Below are positions 52,101 to 64,000 of a stretch of DNA of 64,000 nucleotides, in pieces; position 1 is the first letter of the stretch; each line of letters starts with the position of its first letter. The notes under the pieces were generated by a model. That model was not told the origin of the DNA and made no database searches. It saw only the letters and a list, made by a program, of their open reading frames with translations. Both the position numbers and the translations under genes were made by a program. This stretch comes from Octopus sinensis (Eukaryota): assembly GCF_006345805.1 (NCBI RefSeq), contig NC_043003.1, positions 81,282,001-81,346,000 of the forward strand. The letters run 5' to 3'.

Positions 52101-52672
52101 ATTTTTGACGAAGAGAATAAATTCAATTGACAAAGCCTACAATCATAATGAAATTTCGTTATGCTTGATGTGAAATTTCTCATTAATTTTACTTCATTCC
52201 ATGTTCTCTACTACCATGTTCTTCGTCAAAGTTGACCATTTAAGGTTATCTCTTAGTCATGTAGCATGTATGTCGCCTATTGTAAATACATAAATACATA
52301 AAAAGATCTAACACGTATGAACAACAATTTAGAAGGCTGAGAAACATTAATAAGCATACAGCATATAACATATATTTAACTATATTTAAACATATATAGG
52401 GTAAAATTTCGACATCGTAGTAAAAACCTTATATGAGTAAATTCTGAAATTGATTTTCCCTTTAATTACTTTGATGTTTATACGAAAGCAAATAATATCA
52501 ATTATATTATGAGCAACATAACGATCTAAAGGTTGTTTGAATCAAAATCGGTTTTCAAGTTACAAATGAAGTTATTTACATATGTATATTTATATATCAA
52601 TATGTTTACACACATACACACTCATATATATACATGTTTATATACATATATATATACACACACACATACATA

Positions 52673-52721
<49 letters not shown>

Positions 52722-52756
52722 CAATATCTATCTATCTCTATATATATGTATATACA

Positions 52757-52805
<49 letters not shown>

Positions 52806-52814
52806 ATATATATA

Positions 52815-53185
52815 GGCACAGGAGTTGTTGTTTGGTAAGTAGCTTGCTTACCAACCACCGGGTTCCGGGTTCAGTCCCACTGCGTAGCACTTTGGAGAAG
52901 TGTCATCTTCTATAGCCTCGGGCCGATCAAAGCCTTATGAGTGGATTTGGTAAATGGAAGAAGCCCGTCGTATACATATAGATATGTGTGTGTGTGTTTG
53001 TCCCGACACCATCACTTGACAACCGATGCTGGTGTGTTTACGTCCCCGACCTTAGAGGTTCGGCAAAACTTTCCGATAGAATAAGAACTTAAAAAGAATA
53101 AGTCTTAGTGGTCGATTTGTTCGACTAAAGGCGGTGCTCCAGCATGCCCGCAGTCAAATGACTGAAACAAATAAAAGAGTAAAAG
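52815..53185 (+). mobile_element. Family A SINE, near full length
   Basis: Head GGCACAGGAG..GTTTGGTAAG..GGGTTCAGTCCC, core, and 3' GGCGGTGCTCCAGCATG.CCGCAGTCAAATGACTGAAAC. Confidence 0.93.
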
Positions 53186-53257
53186 AATATATATTTATAT
53201 AAACACACACATATGGTAAATGGAAGCTACGAGAATTTATATATATATACACCCGCC

Positions 53258-54510
53258 CACGAAGGATGGAGGGAAAGCAATGCAGAATTCGGAATAAACT
53301 GGCAAATGTTCGTTAATTTAAACAGGTTGGTAGAGTAAAATTTATTGTAACTCTTCCTCGGTAGTAACTCTTCTTCCTGATCATCTTCACTACAGACAAA
53401 TAATGAATTCTGAAACCAAACATGTCAACATTGAGTTATTACTGAAGGAAAGCTGCAGGCTTTCCGGCATTCACAGAAACTTACAGGTTGTTTGCTAAGA
53501 CAAACTTTAATTGAAGTACACAGTAGATAAAGAAGTTTTAAAACGGGAAAACTAGGCTTGAAATAATCTCTCAGTAAGAGTCAATCAAATGTAACCATTA
53601 AGACGAATCTTCAGTAGGTGGATGAGTTAATTCACTTCAACAAATAACTTAGAATCCGTGTGTTTGCTGCACGTTTCAAGTGTGTTCACAATGCACTACA
53701 AAAAGTGGGGCAAGGCACTGGATTTCGGGAAAATGTGAGTAAAGTGGATACCTTCGCGGTTGACACTCGATTTGAAGGATAGGCGTTGGAAATCTGTGCT
53801 TATCTGCTCGAAGCCTTTGAAGGTAATGAAGAAACAGTTTTACCAATCTAGTTATAGGGGATGAATCGTAGTCTTCTCTTTGTGATCCAGAAACGAAGAC
53901 CTAATGTGTTCAAGAATTAACGAGCGGCGCAGAAAAGCATAATGATTGAATATTGCTTAGGGAGCGACAAGGTATAAACTCACCCTCAATTTTTGGAAAG
54001 TGTTATACTGTGAGCAACGAGCAATATATACTGAGACACTCAAACTGCTTAGAGAAACTATATTAGGAAAGAGTGATCGAAGAAGATTCGGAAAACGATC
54101 GGCATTCACCATGGCTATGTGCAGACACCGTGTCTTTGGCAACAGATCAGGTAATCGGAAAAATGTGCTGATCAGAGGTCCACCAGTCACCATCAATTTG
54201 GGATCTGGCACCCTCTGATTTCCATCTGCTCAGTCCAGTGAATTGCTGTCTTAGGGAACAATAATTTCATTTCATGACAGAGACGAGGAAATATTGCTGT
54301 GAAAAAGTCGGTACAACAGTGCACAAGGGAATGTTTTCAAAGAGGATTCGTCTGTTTGAGTTCGGTGATGGTGCAAATACATCGCATTTGCTGCTGCCTA
54401 TAACATGTAGTATCTTTGTATAAAAGAAGAATTGATACTTGGGCAATTTAAAATATGTCAGTAGAATAGTTATGCTCACGGTTGCATTACGTTCGGCATA
54501 AACACAGTGT
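53258..54510 (+). mobile_element. Second fossil mariner transposon (heavily decayed)
   Basis: Degenerate motifs occur in the expected order: IHRNLQVV (N-terminal HTH region), KWIPSRLT (WVPHEL-like), VIGDES*..DPETK (TGDETW-like), HH(DNA..) and DLAPSDFHL. Degenerate TIRs contain GAAAGCAATGCA / TGCATTACGTTC. Span is ~1250 bp. Confidence 0.8.
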
Positions 54511-56109
54511 ATATATATATATATATATATATGGAAACACATACATACGTATATTTGTATGCGTGCGGACGGGAGGCCGTGCGGGTAGGCGCCTGTGTGT
54601 GCGTGTGTGTGCAAACGGCGTTCACGAAATATAGACAGAAATTAATGTTCTTTTGTAATACTTTATTACTTTGTATGGTCACATTTGGTTTTAGTAACAT
54701 CAAAGAAAGGTCACATGACAGTTTCATCTACAAAGTGGTTTGTTAAATATTTTCTTCAGAACTCTATGGATATAGTTATTGACAGAAAAAGCAAACGAAC
54801 TGGCCTTGAAGTTGGCCAGTAGAACTTTATATGTGTCGCTTTTTATGTTACCCAGCTGACATACTATGTTAATTTATAATCGTTTCCTCTTTCTTTGCTC
54901 ACCCCCATAAAGTCTATTTCAATATCAGCTTTCTATTTACGAATTAATAATATCTACATTCATTCATAGCAATAATTAAATGCTTTGGCAGAAAGCCATA
55001 TGTTTGAGTAAAGGGTATAGACGATTGAATATACCTGTTAAATCACTGATTTATATTTTCTTAGTCTGAGGAGCAGGAAAGAGAAAGACAAATATGTAAG
55101 GATTTGAATTTAATTTGCACTCGGTCGACGGTAAATCACATTTTTCTTTCAGTCCGATTCTAAAGGTTTCCTTCTCCCTTCGACTATCTTAATATTTATA
55201 AACAAAATGTTTTATTAGCAACAATGTTATCGAATACAATAGTATGAAGTTAGTACCAAATGTATTAAAATGCACAATAGAATGCTCACAGAAGGAACAC
55301 CTGCTAGATTCACAAACAGAATACCACACATAAAAAAGAATGTCATATAAACCTTATGACTTGTCAGTCCTAGATATCCTACAAACGGGGAATCTATTGT
55401 GTTCATTTCCTTTTACCCACTTCTAATTCTGATTACAAGATTTCACGCAGTTGGGCAAAGAAAATGTACAAGAAATATACTTACTGCGCCTTCATCTGAC
55501 AGAAGTGGTCAAATGGCAGATCCGCTAAAGCGTCATGTAGAATGGTTTGCGTCATTTACACCAACAAGCTGCATTCAGTTAAATTTGCCCTACGTCCTTG
55601 TGGGATCCTTAAATTAAACACCATTCAAGGACGATATATTAGCAGAACTGTTAGAGTGTCGGACCGAATCTTAGTGTCTTTCTCAACGATTTACGGTCGG
55701 ATAACATCATCAGTGGTGACACTGTAACAAGCTGCTTCGGCTGGGGATTTGACCTTAGGTAACTCAATAGTGTGGAAAGGAAAGATATAAATTAATAGTT
55801 ATCGCCAAGCTAGTTTGGCAGTCCAGAAATATAGGATAAATGGTGCCATAGATTAACTCCAAGAGTCCATCGCCTCTAGCTAGCTATGTGATACACGAAC
55901 CTGTGTTCATTATAACCTTCGATCAGGGGAGGTCAGCCGCTTCCCCTTGCTGGTCAGCCATCTACAGACTAGTTTCATGGTATTTGCCCTTTATCAATGC
56001 AAATACCCTGAAGAAATACTCAGTACCGCTGCCGTAGTCTCCTTCAGAGAGACTTAGAAATATTAATATTTGTATTTTTGAAAGATATATATATATAAAT
56101 ATATATTAG

Positions 56110-56275
56110 TTTCTAGGCGAGCAATTTCAACCCCAGTTCTCAACTGATACTTATCTACCCCGAAAGTATGAACGGCAAAGTCAACTTCGGCTGAATTTGA
56201 ACTCAGGGTGTAAAGTTGGACCAAATGCCGCTAAGCATTCTGCTCGGCTTACTAAAGATTCTGCTAGTTGACCGC
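56110..56275 (-). mobile_element. Old family-B-related SINE
   Basis: CCCCGAAAG.ATGAA.GGCAAAGTC.AC.TCGGC.GAATTTGAACTCAG matches the reverse complement of family B. Confidence 0.8.
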
Positions 56276-56893
56276 TTTTGTGTGTATATATATATATATA
56301 AATCTAGGAGAAGATGCACAGAATATACATAATGTTGAGGGCCTTTGTCATGAAGAAAAATAATTATAATCTCTGCATCTCTTTCAGTACTGTTAGATTT
56401 AAAATTCAAATTCCTAATCCTGTCATGATTTAACAGTTATTGAGTAATTACCTTCCTTATAATGACTGCTACCAGCACCTCCACGTGTTGGATAGCTGGA
56501 ATCTTTCATTAAAAACTTTGACCAAGCGTGCACCTTGGATTAGAAACTCCTACGTTCGAATTCGTAGCTCCAAGTGACACACGGTTGCTAATGATTACCC
56601 CCAATAATACTTTTACATTTTGCTATTCGAAATATTACAACGAATCCGAGCAAGGATTGATGATTACAATAATAACTACTGGAAAGAATGTACATGAATC
56701 TCATATTATCGATCTGAATATGAAATTGTGGCAAATAATAACTTGATCTCAATGTAAGATTTGCAGTTTTATTTGAAGTATTATTACATAATTCGACAGA
56801 GTAGAGATGCGAGAAGGAAAATGTAATAAGGATTGTTTATATATTATAGATATAAACATTTACATTTATATAAATATATATATATATATATAT

Positions 56894-56960
<67 letters not shown>

Positions 56961-57298
56961 CATATACATTTTCAGATGTATATAAATAATTATATAATAT
57001 GTACAATACATGTATATATAATCTATATCTGTGCCTATATATATGTGTGTATGATTGTTTGTGCGTATGTGTGTGTGTAAAATATTCATCCTCTATATAT
57101 GTTATTGCTATATATATATATATATATATATGAAGTTTACTAGAGCAAATAGGAATAATAGAGCTCAACATATGAGTGCCTACATATTTTATTATTTCAT
57201 CGACAGAACGTGAGAAAGAGTGAAGGGCTGAGACATTCGTCCATGAAACCTAGCTGATATATGTGTATGTGCGCGTATGACATATATACAGTACTCCA

Positions 57299-57705
57299 AA
57301 TAGGCACGGTTATATGGTAAGAAACTTGTTTCCCAGCCACACAGTAGCGGGTTTCAGTCCCACTACCTGGCACCTTGATCATGTGTCTTCTACTAAAACC
57401 TTGGACTGACGAAGGACTTGTGAGTGGATTTGGTAGACGGACACTGAAAGAAGCTCGTCGTATATATGCATGTAAATGTTTGTGTGAGTATGTCTTCGTG
57501 TCAGTGTTTGCCTCCCTCACCATCGCATGACAACTAATATTGGTGTGTTTGCAACCCTGTATCATAGACCGATAGAATAAGTACCAGGGTTGCAAAGAGC
57601 AAGTTCTCACGTCGATTTCATCGACTATTAAAAAAGCCCTTTGAGACGGTGCTCGAGCATGGCCGCAGTCAAATGACTGAGACAAACAAAAAATTAAAAG
57701 AATAT
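57299..57705 (+). mobile_element. Family A SINE, diverged copy
   Basis: TTCAGTCCCACTA..TGGCACCTTG, GTGAGTGGATTTGGTAGACGG and GGCCGCAGTCAAATGACTGA. Confidence 0.88.
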
Positions 57706-57718
57706 AAATATATATATA

Positions 57719-57772
<54 letters not shown>

Positions 57773-57779
57773 ATATATA

Positions 57780-57850
<71 letters not shown>

Positions 57851-60800
57851 GCATATATATATATATATATGCATATATATGTATATATAGTTATGAAGTG
57901 AACAGTATAAATTGGAAATACATTTTATACGTATAATATATACACTATTTATTCATATATATTAATTTTATATATACACAGCATTTATCTTAAAATATAA
58001 ATGTAAATAAACGTGTGTGCCTGTGTGTTCCTGTGTGTGCCTGTGTGTGTGTGCGCGTCTGTGTATACATGCCTGCATCACTATCTGCTGTGTATATTAT
58101 TTGTTTATATATGTGTCTATATATATATGTGTGTGTGTATGTGTGTGTGTGTGTGTGTGTGCGTGTGTGTGTGTGTATGTGCATATTTTTACACATACAT
58201 ATATATATTTATATATATATACATATATATATATACATACATGTTTGTGTGAGCTATTTAGATATGTAAATGCATAGGTATATATGTGTATATAAACATG
58301 TTTGTGTATGCATGTACGTTACTATGTATGTATGTATGTGTACAGCATGTTTTAGTTTTTAAATCTTCGAGATATTTTTGCTACCAAGTAGGAATTTCTA
58401 GACCAATAATAATAAGTGAGTCATATAAAAATAATCTGTCGCTGCTTTGAAGATCCATAAACTAACTTTGAAGAAATCTACAGGAAAGAACACTGCAAGG
58501 TATTTACAAATAACTTCTTATCGATTTTTTCTTGGTTTAGTTACAAGCGTTTGATGTCTCAAATTAGCCATCTTCGCGATAACAGAAGCTTTGCTGGACG
58601 AAAATTACTGCCACAGCTTTAGGCTGTTGCTGCCTCAATATGGCTGAGAGCGTTGATGCTGTTTTGTTGAAAACGAATTTATTTGCTTCCTGCGTCCATT
58701 CTAATATTTATATGCCCGAGTGTATGTCCATACAGATGTAAAATTAATGCATTGATGTATGCATGTAATCGGAATGTCATTTAATATTCAGCTCTTCTAG
58801 AGTAGGTATGTTGTTACAGGCTGGAAGTTATCGTGTCGATGTTTGGAGTTGCATTGTCTCCTTTGATCAAAACACATTTCTTTGCGTATTATCAAAATAG
58901 GCCGAAACACATGACTTTGTTTTCTCTTCGATAATACTCGAGTAATTTGGAATATTGATGGAAATCTATTACATGTGATAGACATTTTTACATGAATACG
59001 GACACCGTTTTCATTTGATAAGTTCAAATATAGCATATTACTGAATTCTGATAACGTATTTTCTAAATATATCCTCGTTTGTATCATTCTTTAAAATGTA
59101 AGTTGGCAACCTTGACCCAGTTATCAAATGAGGTTAGTGCCAGTCTTTAGATTATCGAAGAGTATTCCATTCTTTGGGGTTTCTGTTTATATTTTCAGAC
59201 ACTATGTATCTAGGAGCACATTTTCCATATGGTCTTGCTCTTTAAGATGGAAAGGTATGATTTGAAATAGGCTTTCTTATCGATCAGGCACAAACTCCCA
59301 ATTGGTTCAAATGTGCCAGAGTAATCTAATATGGCATATTTCTTTGAACATCAGATCTGTTGTCATAACCCAGCTTAGAAGTATCTGAAGTTTATGGAAG
59401 CCAATTTCTCCATCAGTTTTAATAAAAGGTCCTGTGTCTGCATGCTGGATCCGTTCGAAAAAACAGACAGATCTCCCTCAAACAACGCCATGCTTTATAC
59501 TAGAACATGGAGAATGATACGGTTTTAGGTGTACTATCATATCTGCTGAATTAGATTCATTCTGTACCTAGACAGTAACAATATTTTGTAATGTTTGCAA
59601 ATAATCTGTTATGCCATCGTCTTCTAATACGGCAACTTCATTTTGTGGCATTAAGATTTAGTGTCAGTTATTACGTTTGAACATATTTTATAGTTGGTCT
59701 TTGAAAAACTCACATCACACTCTTTTAGAAAAGAAAGCAAGCATATTAGATAAATTACATTTAGACACCCACAAAATAGACGGGATAGCCATGCTCGGAA
59801 TATTTTTGATCAGAGTTCTAGTGAATCTCTAATCAAACAACGACGTGACTGATTCGTCTCGTATAAATAGCTTGGTTCTTAAAAAATATATCCGTTTATA
59901 CAATAAGCTAATGACTAACAAACACTATCTTTGAACAACATCAGACTCATTTAATAATGTCTCTTTTGTACAATATTTTACAAGACTCTCCCTTATTCGT
60001 TTGACGGTATATCACAGTTGAAAACTATAACTCATAACAAACGTTTAACTCGTAGCGCTGATTCGAAACCGAATCACTGGTCAGACATCACGAGAAAACC
60101 GCCATAGTTTCACGTGTTCGATCTATTAATCGACCAATCAGCAAGAACTGATAACATTGATAAGTTTTTTCTAATATTCTAGAATTTGACTTCCGGTTCC
60201 CTATAAAAACCGTTCGACGTGAGTTTTTGCTGAACTGATGACCCAGGAAGGCAATTAAGACAGAGGGTGCAGATACATGACAGGAACCTCCGTCTCCACG
60301 AATATAGCACAATTGTTTCAAGTAATATCGGGCAAGCTACATTTACCAATTCAACGGCTTGCTGTAAACCTCCACCAATACCTCTCTCCCAGTATGAAAT
60401 TATTGATGTTGTTATCTGTAAAAGGCCAAGGCAGTTGGTCTTTATGTGTGATAATAAAATCTGTTAAATGTTCGCGGGTGGTCTTGACTTACTTGTTCAC
60501 GCAGCTCAAGAAATATTTATTCATTCATCAACACAAGTCACTACCACAGACCAGACCAACAACCATCATTTTTCATTCTTGTTCTTCAAGAATTTCACTC
60601 TGAATATTAGCAAATAACAATTAAAGATACCATCAGTCAGTACTTTAGAACACATCGGGCTTGACATAGTTACGTTGCACTCATAAAGTACACATCCTCT
60701 TGCGAAGAATGTAAACAGAATTTGTAATTGTTTCACTGTAGCAAGAATCTATTTCAGTTATTGCCAAAGACATTAAGAGCTGCGGTGTTCGTACACTTGA

Positions 60801-61607
60801 TGAAGTACACAGTAAGATTGATTAAAGTTTAAAAAGTAGTCCAGTGTATACAAGTATATATGACAGTCAAAACTTTCTGAAACCTGTCTCTCTTTAACAA
60901 TTTGTGTATATAAATTGTGTGTGCGTGTGTGTGTATTCATAATTTATTTTACAATGATTTATCATAGTACGCATTCTATGATCTCTTATTGGTACATTAG
61001 AATCACTCCACTTAAACTTAACAACTCAACGCTTAAGTTAGGTATTCTGCATGTAAAAAAAACAATGATCAATATTTGTTTTGGTTATATTATTAATGAT
61101 ATTTAACTTTTAATAGTAAATCGACGAATTTCAATGCTGAAAAGGAAATTTTAAAGCATTTACCAAGAGAGATAGAAAGTTTGTGTACGCTTGTGTTTGA
61201 CACATCACATGATGTATGAGACTTGTGAAAAGGATACTGTTAATGTTGCATTTCAACATCGAAAAGTCAAAACGTGTTGATGGGGGCAGAAAATTAATTC
61301 CTGGGGGAAAAGGCGTTTTGGAACGGAAGCATCAAAGATGAGGGGTAATAAGGACCACTTCATAAAAAAAAAGCAAAAAACTTAAGACGGATGTATTGTA
61401 TGGTATTAGTTGAAGCAGGTGTCTAACAAATTAATTCCGAGAAGTTAAAGAGGAAGTGTGCTAGCGTAAATAGTTCAGTATTTTGAAAATGAGTAAGGAA
61501 AAATTCTTTTTATTGCTTCTGTTAGTTGCAAGTTATCCGAGCCTGTAGTACAGAAATCAATGGTAATATATGCGTGTGCGTATGGCATACATGCATACGT
61601 ATATGCA

Positions 61608-61611
<4 letters not shown>

Positions 61612-61677
<66 letters not shown>

Positions 61678-61681
61678 ATAT

Positions 61682-61756
<75 letters not shown>

Positions 61757-61760
61757 TACA
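61612..61760. repeat. (TA)n/(GATA)n microsatellite
   Basis: Direct reading. Confidence 0.97.
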
Positions 61761-62304
61761 TATATATAATGTGTGTGTATAGACAGATCGATAAAGAGAG
61801 AGATATGTAGATGTACGTGTATGTATAGCTTTCCTTCAAAGTTTGGAGGAAGGCGCAGTGGCCATGACTTTTGCAGGCCCTCCTGAAGTGGCATAATGAA
61901 TGTCATTAATGATCTTCTTGAAAATTTTAGCTAGTCAGAACCAGCAGGGTGGGAATCTCAGAGAACCGAAGATCTGGGTAGGAAGGGCTGTATTTTGTCT
62001 GAGGTGGCTGGGCATAACAAAAGAGATAGGAGGAGCCGGGACAGATGGAATGGGGATGACTGAGTGTCATATATGACAAAGTTTGTGACGTGTGTACAAC
62101 CAGCTCCGAAGAGCAAAAGCCATTATGTTATAGTAAAAATGGCAGGAGACGTGATACAGTATGCAGAATGCATATGTACATATACCAGCGTGTGTCTGTG
62201 TGCATGTGAATGTGTATGTGTGTGCGTGTTTCTGAATCTTCGGAAACTAGTCTTCTTAATAAATTGTTGCTAGTATGTATGGTTATCTTTTAATATTTTC
62301 TGTA

Positions 62305-62690
62305 ACTGGAATGCGGCAATGCTGGGGCACCACCTTGAAGTGCTTAGTCGAACAGATCTACCCCAGTAATTATTTTTTAAGTTTAATACTTATCCGATCA
62401 GTCAACAACCGGTATTAGTTTATTTACGGTGATGTAAACAAACCAACACCGATTGTGAAGGTGTGGTGGGGACAAACACAGACACAAATGCACACACATG
62501 AATATATATATATATATATAAACTATATACGACGGATTACTTTCAGTTTCTGTTTACCAAATCCACTTGCAAGGCTTTAATCAACCCAAGGCAATAGCGG
62601 AAGACACTTGCTCAAAGTGTAACGCTGTGGGACTGAACCCGGAAGCATGTAGTTGAGAAAGAAACTTCTTACTATACAGTTACGCCTGCC
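62305..62690 (-). mobile_element. Family A SINE, diverged copy
   Basis: CCAAATCCACTTGCAAGGCTT and GCTGTGGGACTGAACCC match the reverse complement of the family. Confidence 0.85.
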
Positions 62691-63370
62691 CTCATTCTGG
62701 TTCACAAGAACTTGAATTCTATCCGATTCTTTCAAACATCATCAATCAAAAGCTTGTTTTTGTTTGCGGCTCGCTATTTTTGTCCGTGTGTTTTAGTTTA
62801 ACTTTATACTGCGTCATATGTATTGTGTCTAACATTAATCGTCTAAAGTTGAAGGAAGTTCTGTAAGTTACAGATGTACTATCCTATATTGTCTCTCCAC
62901 CTGGTTCCGTTTCGTGCCTTGTTGCGTTGTAACTATCGTTGCTATAAGAGCAAAGGGAATCGGTGGAGAAGCACTATAACTACAACAATTAACTACAAAC
63001 TGAGATGACATATATCTATCGGTCAAAATCAAAATTACAGGCTAATGTTTACACCAATTCGTCACGTCAGCTCTTTCCACAGTAAAGTGACACTAACACA
63101 CGACATCCTCACATGAATCCATTCTGATGCTGATAAGATCTAGAAGCGTTGATTGTTGATTTTGGAACTTTATAGTTCCTACAGATTTGAACATACCTAA
63201 CGAAAGTGATAAATCTGCGACACAGTCGTCTTTTCAATGCAACACTTACAATCATGCACACACATACACATATGTTCATATATACATACATACATACATA
63301 CATCTATATATCTATAGATATACATACATACATCTATACATACGCACAAACATATATGTATACATATCTG

Positions 63371-63493
<123 letters not shown>

Positions 63494-64000
63494 CGTGTGA
63501 GTGTGCACACATTTATGCATATTTGCGCTTGTGTGTGTGTGTGTGTCCGTATGGCGTATGGGCTCGCATGCGCGTTAGTGTGCAAAGCAGGAAACAGTTG
63601 TTATTGAGACACTGTTGTTTGGCCCATTTGTACAAATAACGATCGATTCTCACCTTAATGCCAATTTGCCATAGAATAAACAAATTTTGATTATCTTTTT
63701 ATTTTCTGTTCTGTTTTTTTTTTTTTCGTTTCATTTTTAGACATAAATGCAAAGAAATATAGTTTGACAGATGATATTTGGCTGTCTGTCGACAACGTGC
63801 ATGGAATCAAATGAGAGATAGCTATAAAGAAAAGAAAAATAATGGGGGAAAAAAGCTAGCTAATGAGTGTCTGATATGGACAGATACAGAAATGAATGTA
63901 AGGAAGAGCAGAAAGTGAAATTTAAAATACAGATGGGGAAAAAAAAAGAGAGGGAGGAAAAAAAATCTATATGGAGGATTAAACATGTGAAGCAGGATAA

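Noticed and set aside
55065-55095. 31-bp microexon-like segment (SEEQERERQI) with AG/GT
   Set aside because: Too short to distinguish from chance, and no partner exon was identified.
55630-55715. Minus-strand CTGATGA...GAAA GAC/GTC hammerhead-like motif
   Set aside because: It lacks the U at 16.1, and helix I is not adjacent to the core.
59199-59254. 56-bp exon-like segment with strong acceptor and AAG|GTATGA donor
   Set aside because: The donor lies in a degenerate copy of the dispersed TAGAAATAG/CAAATCACACC repeat, and no product was recognised.

Overview
AT-rich, microsatellite-dense eukaryotic DNA. The SINE heads, retroelement fragments and (TA)n/(CA)n/(GATA)n density look like an intronic or intergenic cephalopod (octopus-type) region; that species assignment is inference. 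No intact protein-coding gene is supported, and nearly all ORFs in the supplied track are microsatellite read-through. The window holds several tRNA-derived SINE families (some with clean target-site duplications, one as a tandem trimer) and two full-length fossil mariner transposons, one with a nested SINE. It also holds 3' fragments of an RTE-type and an R4/Dong-type LINE, a probable solo LTR, a 275-bp MITE with Merlin-like ends, a ~360-bp foldback element and an unclassified ~1.3-kb element with a frameshifted ORF. The most interesting structure is at 119-674: a non-coding element with a perfect 123-bp inverted duplication, an 11-bp hairpin at the junction, and a type I hammerhead-ribozyme-like fold on the minus strand (Penelope-like or retrozyme-like). 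All alignments and folds were done by eye and none were computed.
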